A stretch of 63,720 nucleotides of DNA, the filler included, from Trichomonas gallinae (lineage: Eukaryota): assembly GCA_008369845.1 (NCBI GenBank). It is 4 parts of 4 records of this genome, joined end to end, with 100 filler letters (N's around TTAATTAATTAA, not from the genome) between each part and the next. Parts side by side here need not be neighbours in the genome. Positions count along the whole stretch, not along the records: positions 1 to 17,648 come from MRSU01001104.1; positions 17,749 to 26,085 come from MRSU01001108.1; 2 more parts are not named here. The stretch is one strand, 5' to 3'. Of this stretch, positions 10,239-21,589 are shown one piece after another. Within the stretch, counting starts at the first letter, position 1. The number at the start of each line of letters is the position of its first letter. Position numbers and translations under genes: made by a program. A model generated the notes under the pieces. That model made no database searches. It was given only the letters and a program-made list of their open reading frames with translations, and was not told the origin of the DNA.

Positions 10239-11325
10239 TTTGTCAATTTTTTCTTAGATTTTATATCGTCATTTTGTGATATACACTAGACAAAAAATAA
10301 AGCAAAATGTGAAAAAAATGGGTTGGGAAATTATGTCTGGTCAAATTTTGAATATATTCAAAATTGTTACATTTCAATTTCTGTCATGTAAAGTGGTATC
10401 GGTGTGATATGTTCTCAATTCCGTCGGATTCATTTTTATGATTCTCGTTGTCTGATTCAGGACAAGTCGTCCCCATGTGCTTGGCATGGCGTACTGATAT
10501 CTTATATGATGTTATAAAGAGGCCAAGACATATCTTCCTATCAAAATTGAAATGATTATTTTCCAGTATGTGTCGTGTAAACTTGAAGTCGTACTTTTTT
10601 TCAATTTGGCAGACAAAACATAACAATACTGGAGATCCTAGGGATTCATTGCGGATGATTTGGCACTTTTTTAATAATGTCGTTGAATGGCAATTTTTTC
10701 TGTAAAACGGATTCATTTTATATCAAAAAATAAAGTTATCCTTTTTCTTCGAAACCTTTACCACTCGGCATGAAAAACCGTAATATGCAGGAATCCGAGA
10801 GTTCATCGAGCTGATTCATAATCTCTCAAAAATTTGAATTACATATTTTGCCATGTAAACTGATTATGTGTCAAATGATATTTTTGCTTTAATATTCTAG
10901 TATTAGGAAGGGCTTGGGCATAGATGTTTAATTTATTAATCTGGATCATAAATGTCTCCGTCTATCGCCCTCAATTTGTTGAAAGATTTATTGAAGCTTG
11001 TTTGAGGTCAAAACACAGCAATACAATGATGAACAGTAGTAATTAAATCAATTATACAACAAACATTATATTATCACTAATGTTCACACTTCGAAATAAT
11101 TTGAATCAATTACTGATGTTAGATAAACTTAAATTTGGCTGATATGTGTTGAATATGATGTGAAAATGAGGTTGATCTGGTTTCATTTTGTGGAATAATA
11201 AAATATTTGTTGAATCGGTAGATGTAAATCTAGTAAAAGACTCAACAAATAATAAAGTACTTAAATTTTTACTCATAGTGATATAAATAGAAAATAAAAA
11301 ACTGAACATAATAAATTATTCAAAA

Positions 11326-12072
11326 TTAATTAAGGAAAGCCTTGTTAGCAAGCATCCATTTGGCTGCATAGTTGCTAACCCTTACGATCTTCTCTGGAAC
11401 TTCGTGTGCATCAGTTGCCGTCTCGGTATAAACCTTTTCTTTGACTAACTTCTCCATGTATTCTGGATTTGATGGAGCAATTTCGACTGGTGTAAGTTTG
11501 GCGACTTGTCTCTTAAGCTCAGTGGCTCCCTCCAAGATATCTCTTTGCAATTTGGAGTTATCAGCCTTTGTTGTTTCTTCTGTTTCAGATGTGTTCTGTG
11601 CTGTGAAGTTCATGAGAACTTGCTTTGTAGATACCTGGGTATTGGCAAATTCTTCCATAAACTTCTGGTATTGATCCTTGAAGTCGTCATTGATTGATTT
11701 CAATGAAGATTGTAAGACAGTAATGTGTGCCTTGACGGATTTGAGCTTCTCTGCATCAAATAATGGAACTTTAGCCTCAGCATCAACACTCTTTTGTGTC
11801 TGGTCAATTAATTGACGGATTTGGGCGTTCAGGTCGTCTTTGAGCTTCTGAACGCGGATATTTGTATTTTCCTTCTCTTTGTCAAGCTTAGCCTTTAATG
11901 TAACAATATCTGCTTCGAACTTTGAGATGAATTCGATAATGATCTTTTTCTGCTCTCTCTGGTTGTTAAGTTCAGCTTCATCACGCTTAAGAACTTCCTC
12001 AATGGAGATCTTTTGTGGTGTTTTCTTTGTCTCAGATCCAGGGCATGAGTTTGGGCAGCTGTTTTCACTCAT
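11326..12072 (-). CDS. Coiled-coil hypothetical protein
   Basis: Charged heptad-rich ORF; likely start MSENSCP at 12072 (upstream in-frame part is AT-rich UTR-like). Confidence 0.75.
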   Translation of the reverse strand: MSENSCPNSCPGSETKKTPQKISIEEVLKRDEAELNNQREQKKIIIEFISKFEADIVTLKAKLDKEKENTNIRVQKLKDDLNAQIRQLIDQTQKSVDAEAKVPLFDAEKLKSVKAHITVLQSSLKSINDDFKDQYQKFMEEFANTQVSTKQVLMNFTAQNTSETEETTKADNSKLQRDILEGATELKRQVAKLTPVEIAPSNPEYMEKLVKEKVYTETATDAHEVPEKIVRVSNYAAKWMLANKAFLN

Positions 12073-12386
12073 TTTGTGTACGTTTAATATATTGAAAATC
12101 TTTGGCAACTTTATATAAATCCCTAAAAATACAAAATTCATTTATAACTCAATGAAACATAAATAAATCTTTAATTTAATCACTTCTGTATCCAATATTT
12201 TTCATTTCTCCATGAAAAAATTCATGTACTCTTTAATAAACAATATCCTTATAACAATATATAAAAAATTTTTAAGTGAAAATATATTGTTACCGCTTAA
12301 TGTTATGCGTTTTTCTCGTGTTTAAGTTATTTGACATATAACATAATTTATGTCATGTAAAATAAAAATCTGACGAAAATTGTCAA

Positions 12387-13682
12387 ATGAATATTAGTGT
12401 ATTTTCTCTTTCTGCGAAGTCGTTATTGAGCTCGCCATATTTCATGAGTTCACTGTCGTCTAGCAGAAAGTCAAATATATTTTATAAAACAAACTATTTT
12501 AACAGTTTTTCTTCGTTTTATAAAACATATTCAACAAATTCGAAGTTTATTCAAAGCAGATTTCATAAAATTCTTTCATCAGCAGTAGTAATATCGAACT
12601 ATCAACAAACATTTCAAACAATTAATCAATTTACTAAAGTTTCAGATAACAAAATCGAAATATCTCGCTGCGTCTTCTCTGATATAGAAAATCAAGATAA
12701 ATCCACAAATGGTGGAGCAATTTTATGTGACAATCAAGAAACAATCATAAATATCGAACGTACAGGATTTATTTATTGCAAATGTGCTTCAAAAGGCGGA
12801 GCAGTATATTTTAATTGCAAGAATGTTAATATTACAATGTCATGCTTTGAAGAAAATCGTGCATTGGACGGTTGTCAAGCATATTATATTGAATCACCGG
12901 ATATTTCATTAGATGAGATGATAATTAGTGAATGTGGTCTTAAACAAAATCATATGATACTTAAAACATCAGAAGTTAGTCAAGCAAATGTTAATATCAA
13001 AACATCGAATTATTCATCAAACAGAAAAGTTCTATTTGAAGGCGGTCTTTCTTTCAGAGAATGCATAAAAGCTGATGTTCAATTTACTCTTTTCTCGAAT
13101 AACTTAGGAAATGGTTTGTTTCATATCGAAACTAAAGAAATAAGTAGATTTGATTCATGTAATGTTATTAACAACACTGGATCTGAATCATCGCCTTTGT
13201 TATTGCTAAATGTTCAAAAAATAGATTTCAATAAAATCACTTTCGCAAAGAATTCAATTCCAACGTTCTTAGAGATTGCAGAAGCTCATTCTATATTGTT
13301 TTCAAATTGCAGATTTGACACATCACTTTTAGATTTCGGATATTATGAACAAATTCAAATTACTTTATGCAAATTTGAGCAAACAAATCCAAACTTAGTT
13401 AGAATCAAAGACCCGCTTCAATTCAGATGCTATGCACTTTCAGCAACAGACCCTCCTGATATTTTCATTCCACAGATTCTTCCGAAGAAGGAAACATTTT
13501 TTGCAGAGCCATCAAAGTTCGAAATTCCTGAAAATAAGGCGCCAACATTCAACTGGATGCCACCGGGAATGCTCGCAAAGACATATGGATTAATTTTATT
13601 TGCATCAATTATTACACCAATATTTATTGTTATTCATTGCATCACCAGCAAAGGCTCGCGTGAAATTAGAACACTTAATTAG
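12387..13682 (+). CDS. Membrane-anchored beta-helix protein (Pmp-like GGA motifs)
   Basis: NGGAILC, KGGAVYF, FxxN repeats, Pro-rich stalk, single C-terminal TM helix and short tail. Confidence 0.65.
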   Translation: MNISVFSLSAKSLLSSPYFMSSLSSSRKSNIFYKTNYFNSFSSFYKTYSTNSKFIQSRFHKILSSAVVISNYQQTFQTINQFTKVSDNKIEISRCVFSDIENQDKSTNGGAILCDNQETIINIERTGFIYCKCASKGGAVYFNCKNVNITMSCFEENRALDGCQAYYIESPDISLDEMIISECGLKQNHMILKTSEVSQANVNIKTSNYSSNRKVLFEGGLSFRECIKADVQFTLFSNNLGNGLFHIETKEISRFDSCNVINNTGSESSPLLLLNVQKIDFNKITFAKNSIPTFLEIAEAHSILFSNCRFDTSLLDFGYYEQIQITLCKFEQTNPNLVRIKDPLQFRCYALSATDPPDIFIPQILPKKETFFAEPSKFEIPENKAPTFNWMPPGMLAKTYGLILFASIITPIFIVIHCITSKGSREIRTLN

Positions 13683-14021
13683 TTCAATATTATTATATTT
13701 TTTGTTTTAAAAATAAATTTTGTTTTTTTGTGAAAATATATATTGAAATCTCTTTTTTGTGTGCTATATATGGAATATATTGAATAAATAGCCAGTTTTT
13801 GTTTGATTTTGAAATTATCAAAAAAAATCATAAATTCTCATCTAAATGCAATGGAATTTTGTTTTATTTTGGCTATTTTATCCTAAATATCAATGTTATG
13901 GGTAATAAAAAGCAAATAATATTTCTTCGATTAAATAAAATTTGAAAAACAATGAGAAATTAAAATAGCTGATAATTTATTAGAGAGGAAGAAAATATTT
14001 TAGGTAGGATTAGCAGATAAC

Positions 14022-14633
14022 TTACTCAAGGATATGCTTGATTTCTGGAAGAGCACCCTCAGAAGCGAGCAGAAGTCTTTCTTCGAATGTATTATTAATA
14101 AAGACTGTATCCTCTTCACTTGCGAGCATAACACCACCGATGACTTTATCACTAAGATCATTTTCTGTGAGAGCTAATTTAGATTCTGTCTCAATTTCGC
14201 CGAAGATGGACTCAATGAGACTTCTATCACGCTTAACAACAGAAACTTTAACAACTTTTTCTTCCATTAATTTGATACCCTGTAATAAAAGCTGCTTAAG
14301 AATATCCTTGTATTCTGGAGATTCGACAAGTTTCCTGAGCTTGTCACGGACGAGGTCCATACAATTTTCGATAACTTTGCGTTGTGTGTTAAGGATCTCA
14401 ATTCTCTGATGATTCTTTGTGATAGAGAGGTTAATTTTTGCATTACGTTCGATCTTGCTGCGTTCAAGCTCGAAATCTGAGCTCAACTTAGAATATGACT
14501 GGTCGACCATTTTGTTAAGAGCCTGATCGTGTTCTTCATGGGCAGCAAACTCAATTTCTTCAGCACGGAGCCTCGCTTGATAAAGAGCGAATGCCTCGCT
14601 GCGGGCAGATGATTCATCAGCAGAGTTTATCAT
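14022..14633 (-). CDS. VMA4: V-type ATPase subunit E
   Basis: ARLRAEEIE N-terminal helix, YKDILKQLLLQGI, GGVMLAS...INNTFEERL. Confidence 0.85.
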   Translation of the reverse strand: MINSADESSARSEAFALYQARLRAEEIEFAAHEEHDQALNKMVDQSYSKLSSDFELERSKIERNAKINLSITKNHQRIEILNTQRKVIENCMDLVRDKLRKLVESPEYKDILKQLLLQGIKLMEEKVVKVSVVKRDRSLIESIFGEIETESKLALTENDLSDKVIGGVMLASEEDTVFINNTFEERLLLASEGALPEIKHILE

Positions 14634-14803
14634 CTTTGAAAAATATTTTTTTCAATCAGACGATCAGGTGCAGTTTTGTCACTTTTGTAAAATTCATTTT
14701 GCTTTTTGTTGAAATATTTAGGGTTTTTATACCATTGTACACCTGATTTTCATTTTAAATTCGCAAAATATTATTTATCGATTTTTTTGTTCTTATTTGA
14801 CAT

Positions 14804-14926
14804 TTTACATTGCAAAATATTCATTTACGTAACAGATGTATGATTTACATGTCAAAATATTATTCATTGTAAATTAAGTTTACATGTCAAATTGATTTTT
14901 GTGTTGTAGATTGATTTTACATGTCA
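14804..14926 (+). promoter_or_regulatory. Cluster of TTTACATGTCA motifs upstream of V-ATPase E
   Basis: Exact TTTACATGTCA at 14844, 14879, 14916; variants at 14804, 14824. Confidence 0.5.
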
Positions 14927-15534
14927 AAAAAATTCATTTCGAAATTATTTTTTTGGTTTTTCTGAGAAATTTCTTTTCTATGACTGAAATAATTCATATT
15001 TATGTGATAAAATACCAAAAATTTTTTATTATTTCTTTGATTGACAGTTTACAAAAATAATTTACTTTACGTGACAAAAATATTGTAATGAAAATTAATT
15101 AAAAGTTTGTCGATGAATATATATTCTATGATTAAATACACATCTATTTTTCGTTTAAATTTTTCAAAATTTCTATTTTTTCAATTCCTTACACGAATCT
15201 GACATTTTACACAGAAATGGGGGTTATCAGATAGAAATTTAAGGTTTCGCGATGATTTGTTATGTGTATATGTGTGGTATTGCAGAATGAAGGTGGGTTC
15301 AATATCGGCCGAAAGAGATTTTTGATTTTTTTTTGATTTTAGTAAATAAACAAAACAACATGATAATTAAGTAATATTGTGCCTCAACCATTAGCTATTA
15401 GAGACGCTTGAACGCAAATACTCTATGTAATGATTTTCGTATAATATCATAATAAATCGAGCGTTATATGATAATATTTTGATCTGTAGTAGTTCAGTAG
15501 TATCATGCAACATCGAAATCGTTTGTATCCAAAA

Positions 15535-15768
15535 TTAGTCGAAGTGATCGCTAACAGCCGATAGTTCTAGCTCGGGGAACTCATCTTTTCCATCCAAAGG
15601 ATTCTCCGTGTTATGATATATTGATATATGAGTAGGTGCATAAATTGGATAATCAAGAGGACTCAGTGGCTCTGGTTCTGGCGGCATGTTCGGCACTTCT
15701 TTGAACATTCCCTCAGAATCTTCTAGCTCTGTCTCTTCAATAGCCTCGTTTGAGCAGCAACCACCCAT
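15535..15768 (-). CDS. Small acidic protein with N-terminal dual-acylation signal
   Basis: 77 aa, starts MGGCCS (myristoylation Gly2/Ser6 plus palmitoylatable Cys). Confidence 0.7.
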   Translation of the reverse strand: MGGCCSNEAIEETELEDSEGMFKEVPNMPPEPEPLSPLDYPIYAPTHISIYHNTENPLDGKDEFPELELSAVSDHFD

Positions 15769-16134
15769 TATTGAGATTTCAGAAAATAAACGAATAAAGT
15801 TAGAATCAGAAAGGCCACGTAAAATTTTTCGAAAATATTTCCCAATTTATACATTTTTCACTTGATTTACTGTTATTTTTCGTTAACTTAATAAATCAAA
15901 ATTAATGAATTTAGATCTAACACAATGTCACCAAACCAATTTTGCAAAAAATTATAGAATAAAAGATTTCCAATAATTATCGCAGATTCTCTTCATTATA
16001 CCACAATTCACTTAAATTCTCATACATTTTAGGTCGATGCTATTTTATCTTTAAAAGTATAAAGTCATACAACTAATATTTTAGATTTCAAATATTTAAT
16101 AAACAAAACAAACATAACAAATGTATATAAAAAA

Positions 16135-17427
16135 TCATGCTTCTGGATCCATGAGTCCTGTATCCATAGTTGGCGGAGCTTCAGATGGATCTGCATAAGA
16201 ATTTAATGCTTTTGCAGGAAGTTTCAAGTTCATGAAGAGCATCATTGCCGCAAATATATTATTTGAGAGGAATTTAACGGCGAGAGTCACTGAAGAAGGT
16301 AAAATTCCGGATGGAATCAAAGTTATGCAATAATAAGGAATTCTTATCACTAAAATAGTAACAAGATAAACAATTCTACGTGCACGCTCTTGTAGGTCAG
16401 GAAGATCATTTGTAATTATCATTGAATGAATTAAACCTAAAATTAAAATAGATCCGGAATAAAGCGACATCTCCATTTCTTTCGTGATCTCGAATCCATG
16501 AAGCTTTGCAATTTCCGGGAAATATTCATTGTAAAAATTATATCCAATCAAAGAACAACAAACGATACCGAACAATGCTGCCATTGATTGTGATTCAGAG
16601 AGTGTCTGCATAATCCAAAGAGAGTAGAAAACTATATATGATTGCTCAAGAATTTGAATAATTTGTTCGAAATAGTAAAAATATTCGTTAAGCATTGTAA
16701 AACTGAACATATGTAACGGATTATTCGCCAACATTACAATAAATACAAGCAAATATGTGTAAAACTTGTAAGGAAGATATGAAATAAAATTATATGTCGA
16801 ACTTCTGAATAAAATGACTGTTAATGCAATTGTAAATGATAACCTTATCCACATATCATAGAATGTTGACGAAACAGTTGAGTATTCTGTTGTGAATTCG
16901 ATTTCTTTGCAATTTTCGCATCCTTTTTCGAAAGAAGCGACTAATTCTAACGAATTAAAGTAGATGTGAGTTTCCTCGAATAGTTCAACCATTTTAGAAG
17001 AACTGTAATCGAATGTTGCGTTGTAAAATTTCAAAGAACGCGTTGAAAGTGTTTTATTTGCTTGTTTCGGTGTGAAAAGAAGTGTACCATTTGTAACAAA
17101 TGGTTTTTGTCCTTGAGCGTAGTCTTCTAACGTGAATTGCGCGAATATTTTTATTTTATTGTTGAATGGAGAAACTTTTGTGATAGATAGCTTCATGTCG
17201 AATGGACCTGACTTAGCATATACCGGTAATCTCGACTTAGATGAGCTCTTTACAGTTGCCGATGGTCCAAAAAATGAAATTAGAATCACAACGACGCTTG
17301 TGATGACGAAACAAACTAACACATGGGTGACCTGTTTAGATCTCCATGCATCAGCAATGAGCGCGGAATTATCAGTCTCTTTTTCAATATTAGAGACTGG
17401 TTTAAGCTCAGTTATATCATTTTCCAT
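16135..17427 (-). CDS. TMEM181/Wntless-like multipass membrane protein
   Basis: TM1 ending FFGP, luminal domain, MWIRLSF, VMLANNPL then ~6 more TM helices; ATG at 17427. Confidence 0.6.
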   Translation of the reverse strand: MENDITELKPVSNIEKETDNSALIADAWRSKQVTHVLVCFVITSVVVILISFFGPSATVKSSSKSRLPVYAKSGPFDMKLSITKVSPFNNKIKIFAQFTLEDYAQGQKPFVTNGTLLFTPKQANKTLSTRSLKFYNATFDYSSSKMVELFEETHIYFNSLELVASFEKGCENCKEIEFTTEYSTVSSTFYDMWIRLSFTIALTVILFRSSTYNFISYLPYKFYTYLLVFIVMLANNPLHMFSFTMLNEYFYYFEQIIQILEQSYIVFYSLWIMQTLSESQSMAALFGIVCCSLIGYNFYNEYFPEIAKLHGFEITKEMEMSLYSGSILILGLIHSMIITNDLPDLQERARRIVYLVTILVIRIPYYCITLIPSGILPSSVTLAVKFLSNNIFAAMMLFMNLKLPAKALNSYADPSEAPPTMDTGLMDPEA

Positions 17428-17648
17428 TAAATATTGTTGAGGGGGTGACACCAAAATTTAAATCGTGATTTTCAACACAAATAACAAATAACATCAAATA
17501 TTAATAATAAAAATCCATATAAATATATCAATAGATATAACCATTTCGATTTTACTCATCAATTCACTATTTTTCAAAAGACATTTCAATTAATTGATAC
17601 AAATTAGTCATTTTATTTTTGGAGATGGTTACAACATGTTGCTGGAAA

Positions 17649-17748
17649 NNNNNNNNNNNNNNNNNNNNNNNNNNNNNNNNNNNNNNNNNNNNTTAATTAA
17701 TTAANNNNNNNNNNNNNNNNNNNNNNNNNNNNNNNNNNNNNNNNNNNN
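17649..17748. other. Artificial contig spacer
   Basis: 44 N + TTAATTAATTAA (stops in six frames) + 44 N. Confidence 0.98.
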
Positions 17749-17828
17749 ATTTTTCTGGGCAAAACGATAATTTTCAATACCGCATTGAAAAATTGAGACC
17801 GCTATTTGGTCGCTTAGCGGACCCTTAA
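17749..17828. mobile_element. Possible DNA-transposon end (Kolobok-like, ...CC|TTAA)
   Basis: GC-richer contig-edge sequence with small hairpins (ttttcaat/attgaaaa; ccgcta/tagcgg) ending GGACCC-TTAA. Confidence 0.3.
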
Positions 17829-17984
17829 GAGACATACTTAGTGAGGGGGTGACACTTCTTAGATTTTTCATTCATGAGTGAATGAGATAATGCTAGTTAA
17901 AATGATTATCTTATACATGAAAATGGCGAAATTTTGCCGTCACTTTTGGCGCCATTTTGGTCACTTTTTTCAAAAAATTTTCAA

Positions 17985-19214
17985 ATGAGCTCTAATAGAT
18001 GTCCTCAGTGTGCAGGTGAAGGTACCATTATTAATGATAACGGCAGAAGGATATGCTCTGCTTGTGGCCTCATTCTGCAAGAGCAGGCTCTTGTTAACGA
18101 ACTTTCCTTCGTTGATAATGCTCATGGTTCTGCAACAGTCTCCGGCCAATTCGTTCCTTCGTCAGGTATGTCTGGTATGGGTGGTGGTGTCTCCACACAG
18201 ACTGTTACTGAAGGTTTAAATAAAATTGACGCAATTTGCGATAATCTTCCGAAATTATCTCAAGATGCAGTTGAATTAGCACATCGTATTTATCAAATTG
18301 CAGTTAAGCATCGTTTTACCCGCGGTCGTACTATCGAAATCGTTTCTGCTGCAGCTGTTTATGTTGCAATTCGTGTTAATCGTTCATCTGGTTATCTTTT
18401 AGATGATGTAGCAGAGCATGTATCATGTGGTATCTATGAATTGGCAGCTACAGCGTTAAGACTCGCTCACGCAGTCAATCAGCCTTTACCAACAATCGAT
18501 CCTGTTCTTTATATTACAAGATTCCTCGAAGAACTCAACTTAGGTCGTAACCTTAAAGCCGTCCATGACACTGCAATTCACATTGTCCATCGTCTTGACA
18601 GAGATTGGATTCAAACAGGAAGAAAACCATCAGGAATTGTAGGAACTGCTATTATGATTGCATGTCAAATTCACCACATACCGATTTCCAAGGATAAAAT
18701 TAAAGAAATCGCAAGAGTTTGTACAACAACAATTAATAAGCGTCTTAAAGAAATCGCGCAAACAGAATTAGCCCGCGAATCAATTGATCAGCTCAGATTA
18801 TCCGAGTCAATCCTCGATGATGATTCCCATGAATTGCCTCCAGTTATGAAGCAAAAACCTAAAAATAAGAAATTATTGGACGACATTGCAGAAGAAGTCA
18901 AGAAAGAGACGCCTGCGGAGGGAATCAATCTCAATGATGATGATTTCGATGATCCAGAGCTTGAAGGAATTGATTCGGAAATTTTGACCCCTGAAGAACA
19001 AGACAAGAAGCTTACTCTTTACATGGCCATGTTCAAGAGTCACTTCAACGCACCACCAAAGGAGCCAAAACAAAAGAGACATCGCAAGAAGAAACAAATA
19101 ACAAATTATCAGGACAGCGATGCTGTTTACGTTCAAGATAATGGCATGCTTATTGTTGAGAACGATGAAATTGCAGGCGATGATGATAATTTCGAAGATA
19201 TCGTTGATGATTAA
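17985..19214 (+). CDS. BRF1: TFIIIB subunit Brf1 (TFIIB-related factor)
   Basis: Zn ribbon CPQC..CSACG, FTRGR, IDPVLYITRF, DWIQTGRKPSGI; TCACTT initiator at 17961. Confidence 0.92.
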   Translation: MSSNRCPQCAGEGTIINDNGRRICSACGLILQEQALVNELSFVDNAHGSATVSGQFVPSSGMSGMGGGVSTQTVTEGLNKIDAICDNLPKLSQDAVELAHRIYQIAVKHRFTRGRTIEIVSAAAVYVAIRVNRSSGYLLDDVAEHVSCGIYELAATALRLAHAVNQPLPTIDPVLYITRFLEELNLGRNLKAVHDTAIHIVHRLDRDWIQTGRKPSGIVGTAIMIACQIHHIPISKDKIKEIARVCTTTINKRLKEIAQTELARESIDQLRLSESILDDDSHELPPVMKQKPKNKKLLDDIAEEVKKETPAEGINLNDDDFDDPELEGIDSEILTPEEQDKKLTLYMAMFKSHFNAPPKEPKQKRHRKKKQITNYQDSDAVYVQDNGMLIVENDEIAGDDDNFEDIVDD

Positions 19215-19377
19215 TTTTATTTGTTTGTTTTTGTTGTGTTTTGAATTAAATTGATGTTTATTGTTGTGTAAATTTAATTTATGCATATTTCTTTATTGTA
19301 AACCAAAAATTAAAAAAAATGAACAATTTCATTTGTAAAAGTTTTATAGTAAATAAAAACAATATTATTATATAATA

Positions 19378-20412
19378 TTACACCCAAGATCTGTGTCGCA
19401 TTGTAACACATCTTCTACTTGGACGAACTCCATCCGCAGGTTCTTGATAGCCAAGATTCAGCAAGCATTGTCGCATCTCTTCAGTTGTAACAAAAGAGAA
19501 GAGTAAACGTGGATTATCTATTGGAATTCCTCCGTTTTCTTTGATATACATAACTAATTCAGGAATTCCGACCTTAACGGCCATCAAAAACGGTGGCTCT
19601 TGGAAGAATGTGTGGTCTGTTTCATTGATATCCAATCCATTCTGGAAACAGCGGACGAATGCATAAGTATTGTATGAAGCAATGCAATCTGTCAATGTCT
19701 GACCCACACAGCCATACTCATCAAGAAGCCAATTGAAAATTTTATGCCTGTGCTGGTGAATGGCATATAAAATACAATGTTCGAAAGAATGGCCTTGTTG
19801 GGCAATTGTTTCTATGATTTCGTCGTTGCCTCCTGATATAGCAAACTGTATTGTCGATTGCGTTATTTCAAGGCCGTTAATTTGCAAAAATTGGAAAATT
19901 TCATGATTTCCAGCAAGAGCAGCAATATCAAGGCATGTAATCATATCTTTCTCGTACATGAAATCTTTGTGAAGAAGGGTAGAGTTCGCTGCCAATGAAA
20001 CAACTTGGTCATAATTATTTAAAGCAATTTCATAAGCAATTGAACCGACTGGGAAAGGTATTTCGAGTTCTTCTACTGATTTTGTCTGATACTCAAGCGA
20101 TCTAATTTGAGTTGGTCGGACAAAACCTAGTTTTTCGAGGTATTGTATGAATTCTGTATATGGGAATGTTATTCTTCCTTTTCTTATCTTTGAGAATAAA
20201 AGACCTAAGGCTTTGTAGTTGAATCTGCGCTGTTCAGCGGCGTATATAATTAAATTGATGATATAAAATGTCGAAACGTTGGGGAATTGATAAATTGCTT
20301 CAATCGTTTGATCAACGTTATCAACGGTAGTATTAAAGACCAAGTCTTCAAGTGTGTAGTATTTTCTTAATGATTCGGGTATATGTTCTGTAAATTCATC
20401 TTCTTCATTCAT
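19378..20412 (-). CDS. DUF3447/ankyrin-repeat protein
   Basis: LDIAALAGNHEIFQFL, FAISGGNDEII, AIHQHRHKIFNWL; TCACTTTT initiator just upstream. Confidence 0.85.
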   Translation of the reverse strand: MNEEDEFTEHIPESLRKYYTLEDLVFNTTVDNVDQTIEAIYQFPNVSTFYIINLIIYAAEQRRFNYKALGLLFSKIRKGRITFPYTEFIQYLEKLGFVRPTQIRSLEYQTKSVEELEIPFPVGSIAYEIALNNYDQVVSLAANSTLLHKDFMYEKDMITCLDIAALAGNHEIFQFLQINGLEITQSTIQFAISGGNDEIIETIAQQGHSFEHCILYAIHQHRHKIFNWLLDEYGCVGQTLTDCIASYNTYAFVRCFQNGLDINETDHTFFQEPPFLMAVKVGIPELVMYIKENGGIPIDNPRLLFSFVTTEEMRQCLLNLGYQEPADGVRPSRRCVTMRHRSWV

Positions 20413-20434
20413 AATTGAAAAGTGACATTATTCT

Positions 20435-20527
20435 TGTCAAGTAAAGTATATTTCTGACATGTAAAAACACTAATATTTGTCATGTAAATATGTTTTTGTC
20501 GAGTAAATGGGGTTTTTGTCACGTAAT
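20435..20527 (-). promoter_or_regulatory. Array of 5 TTTACNTGWCA-like motifs at ~20-bp spacing upstream of the ankyrin gene
   Basis: On + strand: tgtcaagtaaa 20435, tgacatgtaaa 20455, tgtcatgtaaa 20478, tgtcgagtaaa 20497, tgtcacgtaat 20517. Confidence 0.55.
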
Positions 20528-20545
20528 TTGCATTTTGTCAAAATG

Positions 20546-21364
20546 TTATGCGACTCCATCAACACCTACATTTTTATCAGGTATGAGATTTTCTTCGATT
20601 TCTTCCGAAATTTTGTAGTGGCATCTCTTCAAGATTAAATAAACCAAAAAATTAAATGAATCAAGCGTAAACTGAAGGTAAGATCCCAAAAGGAAAGCAA
20701 ATCCAGCCTTGCTGAAGCTAAACATAATGATTTTGATGAGATCTCCTAAAACGTATTGAACCAATAATACAGATGATGTCGTAAAAATATCTCGATCGAT
20801 TACAACCTTCTTGAATAAAGGTAATGAGATTGTAGTTTCAATAACATTCGATAAGATAATTAAAATTGCATTTGTTTTCGTCAAAGTAAAGATAAGACAC
20901 ATTATATAATAAATCGCTGCAATGATGCCAGCATAAATCATCATTGAACCTATGAACTCATATGGTGTGATTAGATGGAAGACTTTAAACAACGTTTTAT
21001 ATCCGCGAATAATCGTCCTCTTATGAGTTGTAGTATGCTGTGTTGCTGATTCACTATACTTATACGAATAAATTCCCATTACGAAGTTAATAACAAATAC
21101 AGCTAAGGACTGCCCGAGTAAGTATGGTAAATAAGGTTCGTATATCCAGTATAGGAACTTCATGAAGTTTGCAGTGAGAAGAATTAATGCTGATGTTAAG
21201 TTGAAAATTTTAGGATTTTTTGTCAGAATTAATGTTTTGAACTGATCAATGTATCCAATTGTCGGAAATACAATTAGAACAAGCTCCATCGAGTGTGCAG
21301 CCATGTTCTGAATGTACAGGAAAAGGTGGAACGAAATAAAATCGAATCCATACAAAGCGTACAT
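20546..21364 (-). CDS. PQ-loop membrane protein (PQLC1-like)
   Basis: PTIGYIDQ, ANFMKFLYW...LLGQS, IETTISLP, GDLIK, QFTLD; ATG at 21364. Confidence 0.75.
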   Translation of the reverse strand: MYALYGFDFISFHLFLYIQNMAAHSMELVLIVFPTIGYIDQFKTLILTKNPKIFNLTSALILLTANFMKFLYWIYEPYLPYLLGQSLAVFVINFVMGIYSYKYSESATQHTTTHKRTIIRGYKTLFKVFHLITPYEFIGSMMIYAGIIAAIYYIMCLIFTLTKTNAILIILSNVIETTISLPLFKKVVIDRDIFTTSSVLLVQYVLGDLIKIIMFSFSKAGFAFLLGSYLQFTLDSFNFLVYLILKRCHYKISEEIEENLIPDKNVGVDGVA

Positions 21365-21589
21365 TGACACTTTTTAATTTTCTGTGTCGTAATTGAAAAA
21401 TTCTTATTAAAAACTGTAAATGACATATAGCATATTATATATATATTAGAATTTTTTTTATCTTCATTTCTTTATCGATTGTTTATATTTCGTTTTCCAT
21501 GCCCACTCAAATAATGGCGATTGTTCTAGAACATCTTGCATATTTGAGTTCAGTAAATATCGTCACTTTTTAATTTGATTTACATGTCA

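Noticed and set aside
10384..10716. 110-aa minus-strand ORF
   Set aside because: No recognisable motif or coding-like composition; may be a decayed fragment but cannot be supported.
15215..15320. Pol III or snoRNA gene (GGTTCAAT B-box-like, ATGATT C-box-like)
   Set aside because: No cloverleaf, no matched C/D pair with terminal stem; insufficient evidence.
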